From Chromera velia (Eukaryota): a stretch of DNA of 60,999 bases. A model generated the notes under the pieces. That model did no database searches and was not told the DNA's origin. It was given only the letters and a program-made list of their open reading frames with translations. Shown piece by piece: positions 12,001-24,989 of this stretch. Numbering within the stretch: position 1 is the first letter of the stretch; each line of letters begins with the position of its first letter. A program made the position numbers and the translations under genes. The DNA is taken from positions 186,001-246,999 of the forward strand of contig JAHBMJ010000001.1 in NCBI GenBank assembly GCA_018398765.1, in the 5' to 3' direction.

Positions 12001-15000
12001 TTGAGTGCTGAAAGGCAAAAGCAAAGATGAGTCACTATCCTCTCACAGAGACGCCCCACACGAAAAGATTCTCGCCCACTGACTGACGCGAGCACTCGCC
12101 GCCATTCTGAGGGCAGGTCCATCCAGGTTCAGTCCTGCAGCTGCTGGAGCACCCGTCTCCGTCGTCGGTGTTGCCATCGTCGCAGGTCTCAGGGCCTTTT
12201 GTCTCTCGGTCTCCACAGACAGCTGTGGGAAAGGAAGAGGGAAAGATGGTGTAGGTAATCTAACAGACAGGATGCACAATAAATTGCAAGAAGCAGCAGA
12301 GGCATTGACAAACAAAAACTGTTCCGCATCTGCTTTCTTCGACCAGCAATCATACGTTCCTTCCAACCCACCATTGCAAGAGAGGCCGTCCCCTTGCCAC
12401 CCATGGTTGCACGCACAAGAGAACCCTCCATCGGAATTCGTGCAGGTGGCGTGCATGTTGCAGTTGTGGGAGTTGTCGGAGCACTCGTCAATATCTGCAG
12501 CTAGTATGCACGATCGAGCTTCCTTCCATGCATGTTAGCTGAGTCGCCGAACATCTCCCAGTGCCACTTTTTCCTAAAGGATTGGAAATATGTGGAAAAA
12601 CTCAGACATGGTGCGCATGAAGTCTTTGATGTGCTGAAAATCCACGAAGACTACCTGTACAAACTTTTGCCCTGTAAAACAATAAGCCATAACCACAGTC
12701 TGCCCACCACAAGCCTTCTGCTGAGTTTCTCTTTGTATGACAAAATCCCCCCCTCATCAATCGGCTCTGTTTTTCAGGCATTCCTGCCGTCTGTCTCACG
12801 TCAGTGCCTGAATGTTTATCCATTCGCTTACCGTCGCGTCTCCATCCACAGACGCAAAGAATGCCTGTCTGATGAAAGGATTGCTGGCGACCCAACGCAT
12901 TTTGTATATATATTGTGCAACGAGCACTCACCGACCTGAGCACGCTCCCCCGTCCACTGGGCATGTGTACCCAGGCTCCTCCTGTCCGTTGGAGTCACAC
13001 CCGTCTCCACTCTGGGCGTTCCCGTCGTCGCACTCCTCGTCTCCGGCCACGTGCCCGTCTCCCACCACGGCTGCAGGTAGTTGCAGAGACAGACAGAGAG
13101 AAAGAGTATTCATAGCGAGTAAGGGTGATCAGTGAAGGAACACTTTAATTTCTGTCGGGAAGGAGAGCATCAGATTGGTAGGGAGACGAGGCTTTTGTCT
13201 TACCGGGGCCTTCTTTCACTTGACCTCTGTACATGCACTTCTTTGTATTCCTCCCAAATAGACCCAGGAGGCTGACTCACTTTGACATTCTGTGCCTGTC
13301 GCCTTGGAGCCGTCGCTGGTGGTGTCGCTCCACCCGTTCTTGCACGCGCACGAGAACGACCCCATGGAGCTTGTGCACACGGAATTCGGGACGTCGCAGT
13401 TGTGGCTGCCCCCTTGGCACTCGTTGATGTCTGCAAACAAGTAGCTCGAAAAAACAAAGTAAAACAGAGGATAAAAGGAAGGAGAGAAAGAGACTGGGGA
13501 AATCAGGAATGAGCGGCTCGAGGTTGAAGACAGACTGACCTCACACGAAAAAATCACAGCGTTTAAAAAACAACAACAGTATTGAACATGCCAAGCAGCT
13601 CACCCGTGCAAGTATGGCCATCTCCAGAATAGCCGGTGTTGCACGCGCACTCGTAGCGTCCTCCCGATGGCGGCAGATTTGTGCAGGTGGCCTTTGTAGA
13701 GCACGTGTGCTTCGGGTCGTTGTCGTCACACTCATTCAGGTCTGCACAGGGCGAGAAACAGAAAAAAACAATGAACACGGCTGCAAGCATTATCCGATGG
13801 TAGTACCAATATGTGTAGAAGAAAAAGACATGCAAGGGAACAGATGTGTTCCCGATGTTCAAAAGTGGAGCAGAAAGTTGCAGCCTGCCTGTCTGCACAC
13901 TCACCCGTGCACACAGAAGGCTCCCCCGTGCACGTCCACCCCTCTTCTATTTGACCGTTGTGGCAACCGTCTTCTGCATCTGTGTCTCCGTCGTCGCAGT
14001 TTTCGTCTCCAACAATCTTGCCGTCTCCGTGGATTTCTGCAAGCAGACAGCCACATCTCGAATGCATCTGAGCGCTCCACTACAATTGAACATCTGGAAC
14101 CACTTTTCATTCATTCATGCAACGCTGAGTTTCGAGTCCTGTCTCTCAGTGGAAGGATGATTGAGGAAGTTGTTTCTGCTGTGCCGCTTCTTTGGTGCAT
14201 GAGAGACAGAGCTGAGACTGGGCAAGACTGCCGACTGACCAGTGCACGGTTCACAGACAGTAGGACAGGTCCACCCAGACTCGATCTTGTGGGCAGCGCT
14301 GCAGCCGTCTCCGTTTTGGCTGCTTCTGTCGGTGCACTTTTCGGGACCCACCAGCAGGCAGTCGTCGAGGATCGCTGCGAGAATGCATGAAGGAGGATCT
14401 CCGGGAGTTTTCCGAACAAGAACAGAGGAGATTCAGACAGAGACAGAAAGGTCGGAAGGAAGAAGCAAAGAGAGACATACACAAACAGACAAGCAGAATG
14501 AATTAAGCACAGTAAGAGGAAGAAAGCGGAAGACAGAAAGAATGAAGAAAAGGAAGAACAACCGCGAGAGGCAACGACCGGACAACGCAACAGAAGGAGT
14601 GAGACAGAGAGACAGGTACTAGGGGAAACCAGACAGCAGCCATGCTAAGCCTGTATCTAAGAAAGGGCAAACTCACGATGACACTCCCCGCCGTTCTGAG
14701 GACACGTCCATCCCGTCTCCGTCTGACAGGTACTGGAGCACCCGTCTCCGCTTTCGGTGTCGCCATCGTCGCAGGTCTCGTCCCCGTGTAGCTCGCTGTC
14801 TCCGCATACCTCTGCAAGGAGATCCAAAAAAAGTATCCTTCCTGAGTTTACTCTCTTCTTTTTCTGTTCTTCACGTATACATGCGATTTGTGTGTCGGTA
14901 CTCCTCTGACAATCAATGCCAAGAAGCCCACAATGAAATAAAATGCTGTTACATCCGAAAACACCGCATTAGCTGTGAAGACAGCTTGGCCCGAACGAAC

Positions 15001-18000
15001 GAATATCGATGCTCTAGCTCTCACATACGCACGCACCTGTACAGGGTGATCCCGCGTTCAGGCACTCCCACCCGTCTTCCGGCTGTCCCTCAGAATCACA
15101 TCCGTCTCCACTCACAGCGTTACCGTCATCGCACTTTTCGTCTCCGACAATCTCCCCGTCTCCGATGATCTCTGCAAGGAGTAGGCAATGAGGTCACGGC
15201 CGTATGAATTTCTTTCACAAATTCTGAATGAGAAAGCTCTCAAACTCCTCACGACTTTACAGCAACACTAAATGAAATGGAAAGGCTGGAGAAGTTTCAT
15301 GAAGCCTTTGAGGACCGTACGCCAACAGATCTGCAGATAATCTCGTGACTCACATCCACGAAACGTCCACTCACTCACGTACCTTCACAAGGCCCGCACA
15401 CAGTGGGGCAGTCCCACCCTGTCTCGATAGAGTGCGTACTGCTGCACCCGTCTCCGTCCATCCGGTTACCGTCAGTGCATCTCTCTGAGCCCACAAGGAG
15501 ACAATCGTCCCATTTGGCTGCAGAGAAGCACGTACAGCAAAGCAAAAAACAATTTGCTCACTTACAGACAGATCATCCGAGGACCCACATTCAAATGAAC
15601 ACCCCCAGCACAATACATGCATATATTTTCATACAGAATAAAATAAATAAATAGAATAAATAAATGAATGCATTCAAATCGACTCCCTGAGCACAAACAG
15701 GGAAATTGTGAGAAGACTTTGGGTTCAATTTATGTGCACGGAAACATCTTTCCAATCCCTCTAGTTCGAGTTCAAGTCGCGCATGCATCAGATGCCCTCC
15801 CTGCATGCCTGCGGGTCCGTCTATGTGACTCACGTGAGCACTCTCCTCCCCTCGGCAGGCAGGGAGAGCAGCGGTAGTCAACCACCCCGTACTTGTACGT
15901 GTACCGACAGGGATCCCCTCCGATCGTGTTGGCCATCGGCAGAATACACTGGTTCTTCCCATTGCAAGAAGACCGCGCGTACTCAGTCACATCCAGGTGG
16001 CAGGTGATGTCTGTGAGGTGTCCCCCCCGGTAGAAGGGGCACGTGACTCTGTCGTTGCGGCCGTACCACGCCTCTGTCACAGCGATCACCTGGCCAGGGG
16101 GACACGTGAGGGGGTTCCAGCAATCGCCAACTGCAGCCCCGCACTGATTCCGGTGGGCGGGGTGGGTCTCGCAGATGATCGTCTCCTTCTCCGTGACTGC
16201 AGGAATGCAAAGATCCACACAAACAGACGCAGACAGTCCAAACGTACCCAAACGCTCAACCATAGAGATGCCTACAGAGAGATGAGTCAGAAAACTACAC
16301 TGCTCGAAAAGATCCGACAGTCATCGACTCACATGAACAGTCGCCAGCTGTCACGGGACAGTTCCATCCTTCCTCAAGCGCACACGTGTTTGAGCATCCG
16401 TCGCCACTCTGTGTGTCCCCGTCGTCGCATGACTCGGATCCTGCCATCCACCCGTCTCCACAGGTTGCTGCGCTCAAATGAAATTGGGAAAGGAGGTGGA
16501 AGGATTCGAATGCCAAAAACTGCCTATCGGGGCACAAACTTCATGCGCACACCCCATTCTGACAATCTTCCATGAAGACCCTGCAGCGACTGGACCTTTT
16601 TTCAAGAAGATGATCGATTTCAGACTGATAAGGAGATGCCTTCGCAGAGGGAAATCGGAAAGAAGCACGACCCTCGATCCTTTGACCGATACCAGCGCAC
16701 GAATCAAAAGAGCCAGCGGACCTGCACAGGACAACCCGTTTCCCTGCCATCCCAGCTGGCAGGCACAGCTGAAACTTCCATCTGAGTTCGTGCACGTCGC
16801 CTGAGCGTCACAAGTGTGCGCATTGGAGGTACACTCGTCGATGTCTGCAGAGACGATTCGCGTCATGAACAAGTAGACGGACAAAACGCATTACCTGTAC
16901 ATTGCAAAAGATGTATTGACAGAGCTGAATTGCTCCACGCAAGAATCTCCAAAGTGGCCCGAACACAATTCACTTCCATGCTTTCCTCGTCCTCTTTTCT
17001 CTCTACACCGAAATGTCCCCCTTATTTTCGTTTGTATGAGGAAGGTTTGTCAGACGAAGAATTCAATGGCTACTCCGAAGGAAAACCGAAGGCAAAAGGG
17101 TCACTCGGTTGAGCAATCGAATCATTCCACAAACGAAACCATCTGAAACGAACGTAGAACCCCACCAGTGCAGGCACCCCCGCCGACAGGACAGGTGTAA
17201 CCGTCCTCCACCTGCCCATCAGAGTCGCATCCGTCTCCGCTCTGAGTGTTGCCGTCGTCGCACTCTTCGTCTCCGGCCACGTCTCCGTCACCAACCACGG
17301 CTGCATTCCCACAAAGAGAACACAAGTTAAGTTTGTGCATCATAATATCACAAGTTTGTTCAAGAGAGAAGACTACTCACTCATGATTATAGGAAGGGAA
17401 CTACAACGGAGTCAGTTTTGGAAAAGCGCCCGCCCTTCTGTTTCTTCAATTTACTCACTTTGACATTCTGTGCCTGTCGCCTTGGAGCCGTCGCTGGTGG
17501 TGTCGCTCCACCCGTTCTTGCACGCGCACGAGAACGACTCCATGGAGTTTGTGCACACGGAATTCGGGACGTCGCAGTTGTGGCTGCCCCCTTGGCACTC
17601 GTTGATGTCTGCAAACAGATAGCTCGAAAAAACAAAGTAAAACAGAGGATAAAAGGAAGGAGAGAAAGAGACTGAGGAAATCAGGAAAGAGCGGCTCGAG
17701 GTTGAAGACAGACTGACCTCACACGAAAAAATCACAGCGTTCAAAAAACAACAACAGTATTGAACATGCCAAGCAGCTTACCCGTGCATGTGTGTCCATC
17801 TCCAGAATAGCCGGTGTTGCACGCGCACTCGTAGCGTCCTCCCGACGGCGGCAGATTTGTGCAGGTGGCCTTTGTAGAGCACGTGTGCTTCGGGTCGTTT
17901 TCGTCGCATTCGTTCAGGTCTGCAGGCAGGCAGATGAGCAGGCAAGCAGGAAGGGAGGTCCACAGAGACACAGAAAACAGACGGGGAAAGACAAAGACAC

Positions 18001-21000
18001 GTGGAGACGGTGACGGTCATCCCATCACGCTTCCCCCCCATTCGACCAGAAGCATCCGCTTCCCACCTTTCTACGAGTGAGTGTGTCTCCATCGTGAACT
18101 CCCTCCTTTCTTCCTCATTCGCTCTCCCACTCACCTGTGCACACGGAGGCCGTCTCTCCGGGCGGCACTGTGCACGTCCACCCGTCCTCCACCTGACCCC
18201 CATAGCACCCGTCTCCCGGATCTGTGTTGCCGTCGTCGCACTCTTCGTCTCCCAACACGTGACCGTCATCGGGAGTCGCTGCACTCGTTCAAGGAACGTA
18301 CAAAATGGAATAATGGAAAGATGGACAGACAAGACGGCACAGATATTTGGAACGGCAAACTCTCATTGAGTGACTAAAGGAAACCCCCCACACGAAAAGA
18401 TTCCCGCCCACTGACTGACGCGAGCACTCGCCGCCATTCTGAGGGCAGGTCCATCCAGGTTCAGTCCTGCAGCTGCTGGAGCACCCGTCTCCGTTGTCGG
18501 TGTTGCCATCGTCGCAGGTCTCAGGGCCTTTTGTCTCTCGGTCTCCGCACACGGCTGCAACAAGTACTTACACAAGCATGCGTACAGAGGAGAAATGTTA
18601 GATCAAAAGCGGAACAACGGAGCTTTCCGCCAAGACAGGCTGGAGGGCGTGAAACCAGTCGGGAAGCAGAAACAAATCCCTCAGGAGCGAAGCAGTGTGT
18701 TCTCCCACTCACCTGTACAAGAGACGCCATCTCCTTGCCAGCCGTGGTTGCAGGTGCAAGTGAAGGCTCCGTTGGTGTTGTCACACTTTGCACTGTTGTG
18801 GCAGTTGTGAGAACTGTTGCTGCATTTGTCGATGTCTGCAAACACACATATCAGAAACAGGGGGGGGCAGTTCAAAGGCCGGTAGGTCAGCCGCTCTAAC
18901 ACTAACCGACGCGATCCGCATGAACCAAAAAACTGTGTGGACACTGGCAAATGGGAACGCTATCTAACTCTTCTACCGCCGCACCACCGACAGGATTCCG
19001 TGTCTCAAGTCAGAATACAATCCCACCAGAGCATGTGCCCCCTCCAGTCGGACAGGTGTAGCCGTCCTCCACGTTGCCGTCAGAATCGCAGCCGTCTCCG
19101 CTCTGAGAGTTCCAATCGTCGCACTCTTCGTCTCCGGCCACGTCCCCGTCACCAACCACGGCTGCATTGTGGCAGACAGGCAGGAAAGAAAGATGGACGT
19201 GCAGTGTGAGATCACTTTATGAAAGCAAGATCAAAGCTCGTTATTACAGGAAAGCAGCTTCAATGAATGCCTTCTTAGACCAGCAAGTGCCCTTCGCTTT
19301 CTTTCCTTCGTCTACTCACTTTGACATTCTGTGCCCGTCGCCTTCGAGCCGTCGGTGGTGGTGTCGCTCCACCCGTTCTTGCACGCGCACGAGAACGACC
19401 CCATGGAGTTTGTGCACACGGCATTCGGGACGTCGCAGTTGTGACCGCCCCCTTGGCACTCGTTGATGTCTGCAGGCAAATATGCAACACAGATTTGAGA
19501 AAGTCGACACTTCTTTTTGCAAGAAAGAAACGGGTTCACTCTAGGAATGCATTTCGGCTTGGAAATAGTGAAAGGCAAAGGGGCGGGGGATACATGGAAC
19601 TATTCTCTTGCTCTCCCGAGCTGCGGACAAATATGCTTGCAACCATAATGTCACCATCCGCACTCACCTGTGCAAACATGGCCGTCTCCACTCCAGCCCT
19701 CATTGCACGCGCACTCGTAGCGTCCTGCCGACGGCGACAGATTTGTGCAGGTGGCCTTTGTAGAACACGTGTGCTTTGGGTCGTTTTCGTCGCACTCGTT
19801 CAGGTCTGCAGACAGGAAAGTGGGCAGAGAATGATTTGCCGATACAAGCATGCCTTTCGAAAATACAGAGGCTCTCGATCGTATGCTGGGAGATGAATCA
19901 TGAGGGAGGGAGAAGTCCTTCCAGCAGCTGATGATTCCTCCTACACATTTCTTCCTGCGTCTCTGAAGCACCCCTGTGTCTAGTCACTTTCTCGCTAGCT
20001 CAATGACTCCCTGCCTTCCTCCCACCCTCCCTGAGGGGGCCGCTCACTCACTCACCTGTGCACACGGAGGCCGTCTCTCCGGGCGGCACTGTGCACGTCC
20101 ACCCGTCCTCCACCTGACCCCCATAGCACCCGTCTCCCGGATTTGTGTTGCCGTCGTCGCACTCTTCGTCTCCCAACACGTGACCGTCATCGGGAGTCGC
20201 TGCACTCGTTCATTCAACCCAGCAGCACACACAGACAGAAAGGTGGATAGATGGAAAGACACGCAGGCAGACGAAGAGAGCTACTTGAAAACAATAGACT
20301 CTTATTGAGTGCTGAAAGGCAAAAGCAAAGATGAGTCACTATCCTCTCACAGAGACGCCCCACACGAAAAGATTCTCGCCCACTGACTGACGCGAGCACT
20401 CGCCGCCATTCTGAGGGCAGGTCCATCCACGCGAGCCCTCGCCGCCATTCTGAGGGCAGGTCCATCCAGGTTCAGTCCTGCAGCTGCTGGAGCACCCGTC
20501 TCCGTTGTCGGTGTTGCCATCGTCGCAGGTCTCAGGGCCCTTTCTCTCTCGGTCTCCGCACACAGCTGCGACAAAGGAAGACAAAAGAATGGCGTGGGTA
20601 CTCCAAGGAAGTGTCCCATGGAGGTTGGATGAGACAAAGCAAAGACAAATCAAAGTGGAGGGAAGGTGAATATTTGCCCTCAAAAGCATCATCCTGCCTG
20701 TAAACAGACGGAAAGGGGCAGCCACAAGCTCCCTATTTATCCACATAATGTTCCTCTGCATGCCACCGCGAGTCCTCCCCAATGGTCAAACTCACCTGTA
20801 CAAGAGACGCCGTCTCCTTGCCAGCCGTGGTTGCAGGTGCAGGTGAAGCCTCCATTTGTGTTTTGGCACGCGGCGCTGGCATGGCAGTTGTCAGAGCTGT
20901 CGCTGCACTCGTTGATGTCTGAAAACACATGAATGACACATGTTGTTGGGGGTGCTGTCATGAGAGGCCAGTCAATCTGAATGACATCAAGCAGCGAACC

Positions 21001-24000
21001 TCTAACAGATGCACGTTGAAGCAATACAGAGTGTACCAGTGCATGCCAAAGGAAGGTAGAGAAATGCGCTGCGAGGATGAAATCGAACGGCCTTTACACG
21101 CACGATCAATCGCGTGCATTTCATCAATACACACCTGAGCATGCGCCCCCTCCAGTCGGACAGGTATAGCCGTCCTCCACGTTGCCGTCAGAGTCGCAGC
21201 CGTCTCCGCTCTGAGTGTTGCCGTCGTCGCACTCTTCGTCTCCGGCCACAACGCCGTCACCGACAACGGCTGCATTCTCACGAACAGAACACACGTCCGT
21301 GCATTACAAGATTAATTTATTCATAATTGTGCATTACAAGGAAACACTACTCACAATTAGAGGGAGTGAGTTTCAACGAAAACATTTTTGGAACAGCTCG
21401 CGCCCTTCTGTTTCTTCAATTTACTGACTTTGACACTCTGTGCCTGTCGCCTTGGAGCCGTCGGTGGTGGTGTCGCTCCACCCGTTCTTGCACGCGCACG
21501 AGAACGACCCCATGGAGTTTGTGCACACGGCGTTCGGGACGTCGCAGTTGTGACCGCCCCCTTGGCATTCGTTGACATCTGCAGGCCCGTGAATACATAC
21601 AGAGAGTCAGGGGAGGACCTCGTGTATGCGGAATAAAGAAAACAAAATAGAACGAAAGAAGGGGAGAGATAGAGAGAGAGCGAAAGAGGGAGACAGGAAT
21701 AGTGAGGGGGCGGGGGAACAGAGAGAAAGAAATGCACCCATCACATCCAATATAACACTGCAACATCGAAATCCAACAACCGTGCGATCGTATAATGGAA
21801 ACCCCCACCCGTGCATGTGTGTCCATCTCCAGAGTAGCCGGTGTTGCACGCGCACTCGTAGCGTCCTCCCGACGGCGACAGATTTGTGCAGGTGGCCTTT
21901 GTAGAGCACGTGTGCTTCGGGTCGTTGTCGTCGCACTCGTTCAGGTCTGCGGGCAGGAAGAGGGTCCATAGGGGCAGAGGAGTGAGAAGAAAGTGAGGGA
22001 AGCTGCTTGAATGTGGCGCCTCCCAGTAGCCCTCTTAGCTCGGGAAGAAATGCCTCAGAGTCTCACAACAAACAGAGTCTCACGGATCGACACCCAGATT
22101 GACTATCAAAGGAGCAGTGTTGATGGAATGCTATCCTGTCTTTGGATAAGGCATTCCTGTTGTGTTTCCTGATTCATCCGTCTCCTCTCTCTCCGATCGC
22201 TCCACAAACCTTTTTGAATCCCTTCTCCTTTCCTCGGCTCCTTCCCCATTTACTCTCCCACTCACCTGTGCACACGGAGGCCGTCTCTCCAGGCGGCACT
22301 GTGCACGTCCACCCGTCCTCCACCTGACCCCCATAGCACCCGTCTCCCGGATCTGTGTTGCCGTCGTCGCACTCTTCGTCTCCTAACACGTGACCGTCAT
22401 CGGGAGTCGCTGCACGCACTCAAGAAACATTCACAAACAGACGGAATGACAGACGGACGGACACGCAGATAGACGGGTGCAGACACTCGGAGACGACAGA
22501 CTCTCATTGAGTGCCTACAGAAAGCCCCACACATCCTCACACACGAAGTAATCCCCACCGACTGACTGACGCGAGCACTCGCCGCCATTCTGAGGGCAGG
22601 TCCATCCAGGTTCAGTCCTGCAGCTGCTGGAGCACCCGTCTCCGTTGTCGGTGTTGCCATCGTCGCAGGTCTCAGGGCCTCTCATCTTCGAGTCCCCACA
22701 CACGGCTGCAACAAGTATAAGTATGCGTACGGAAGAAAGGAAGACGAAAGAATGGGGTAGGCTGCTGATGCGAACAGGAGAGAATGAAAGGAGCAGCTGC
22801 CATGATTGCAACTTGCGCTTGTCCCACATTCACAGGATTCCAAGTGAAATAAAAAAGCCTCCTAGTAAGAGCAAGCTTCACATCGTAATATCAAGACAGA
22901 AAGCAGAGAGAAAACGTATCCCTTCCCTCAAGCGCCAAACCATCTCCCCGGTTTTTCCACTCACGTGTACACGAGACGCCGTCTCCCTGCCACCCGTTTT
23001 TGCAGGTGCAAGTGAAGCCCCCGTCTGTGTTCTCGCACCTCGCTTTTTTATGACAGTTGTCCGAGTTGTCGCTGCACTCGTCGATGTCTGCAAACAAACA
23101 AAGAAACAACGATGCATGTATGTCACCACAACACAGGCAAGAAAAAGCAGTGAGAGACAAGCTAGCCTCCGTAAAATCAAGTGACGGAAGCCAAATGCAC
23201 ATTGAAACCGACGAGACAGTAGGCATCTGATCTGCCCATGCAATAGTGGAGTGTTGTGCAGCAAACAAACTGCATGTCGACGAAAGAAAAAAAAAAGAGC
23301 GAAAGTTTGACGTCGCAGCACAGACCCCCCACCTGAGCATGCGCCCCCGCCGACAGGGCAGGTGTAGCCGTCCTCCACCTGCCCATCAGAATCACAGCCG
23401 TCTCCGCTCTGAGTGTTGCCGTCGTCGCACTCTTCGTCTCCGGCCACAACGCCGTCACCAACCACAGCTGCACACATGCAATCAATGCAAGTAAAAATCA
23501 ATTGCCCTTATCTGCCTCGGTACACCATCCTGGCCACGTCAATCAATCTGTAAAGTCTCTTTGAGTCGGGATGCCTTGTCCGAAACCCAGAGGTGACTCA
23601 CTTTGACATTCTGTGCCTGTCGCCTTCGAGCCGTCGGTGGTGGTGTCGCTCCACCCGTTCTTGCACGCGCACGAGAACGACCCCATGGAGTTTGTGCACA
23701 CGGCATTCGGGACGTCGCAGTTGTGACCGCCCCCTTGGCATTCGTTGATGTCTGCAGGCAACAAAACATGAAGCATGAAAGAAAGGGCGACAGCAAGAAG
23801 AAGAGAGGAAGACCCAGAAACATTGCAGGGGCAGTAGGCGGATCAGAAGTCAACAGCGGTTGCGAGTACAAGTCGAGGCCTGATCGTTGAGAACGGTTTC
23901 ATGCCGTCATTGAGTAACCACTCTACCAAGATGAGCACAAGAATGTTAAGTACTCTTGCAGGTAAAAGACAACAACACACCCGTGCATGTGTGTCCATCT

Positions 24001-24952
24001 CCAGAATAGCCGGTGTTGCACGCGCACTCGTAGCGTCCTCCAGACGGCGACAGATTTGTGCAGGTGGCCTTCGTAGAGCACGTGTGCTTCGGGTCGTTTT
24101 CATCGCACTCATTCAGGTCTGCAGGTAGGCAGGCAGGAAATGATAAGGACGTGGGGGGAGCTGGCTGAATTGGCATCTCCCAGTAGCCTCGATCGAGAAG
24201 GCCCGATGAAGAAGGTAAGTCAGAAAGCAAAAAGAATGTCTGAACTAACAAAAAGGTTTCATGACTCACCAGTGCACACAGAAGGTTCCCCCGTACAGGT
24301 CCATCCGTCCTCAATTTCACCGTCATGACAACCGTCTCCCGGATGTGAGTCCCCGTCGTCGCACTGTTCCTGCCCGACCATCTCCCCGTCTCCGTGGATC
24401 TCTGCAAACCAAACGAGAATTGAGGATTAAAAACGAAACTCAGGTGACTGGAGCATGGTAATGTGGCACAACAAAACAGGACAGTCACAGTACAGACCTT
24501 CGCAGGGCGTGCACACAGCCGGGCACCTCCACCCTGTCTCGATGAGGTTCTCCGCACTACACCCGTCTCCATCGTTTCTGTTTTGGTCCTCGCACTTCTC
24601 GGGTCCGACGAGGACGCAATCGTCCCACGTGGCTGCATGCAGAGAGAGAGAGAGAGAGACAGATGAAGAAGTCATGAGAGAGAACAATCAGGCAGGCAGG
24701 CAGGCAGGCAGGCATGCAGGCAGGCAGGCAGGCAGAATAAGGACGGAAATTCACTCAAAGATTTATGATATGGTATCATGCCCTCGATCGTTTCTCCATA
24801 TGGGTGCATACAGCACAGGCACTCGAGATCTTCCTAACGCACTCAGTGCAGCTTTCACTCATTCATGGTGACTGTAAGGAGGGCAAGAGAGAGAGAACAA
24901 AACTCAATACAACCAGACGTCAAAAACGAAGCTACGCACGCGACCACACACA

Positions 24953-24989
<37 letters not shown>

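Larger units (their letters stand above)
1070..24401 (-). repeat. Higher-order tandem repeat of six-exon units (D-E3-E2-B-E1-A), 9 units in three blocks
   Basis: Exon classes recur with fixed lengths: D 144 nt (D' 132), E3 138, E2 150, B 135, E1 123, A 135. Blocks of 4, 2 and 3 units are separated by C-(A/B)-A-C linkers, with or without a lectin exon. Confidence 0.9.
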
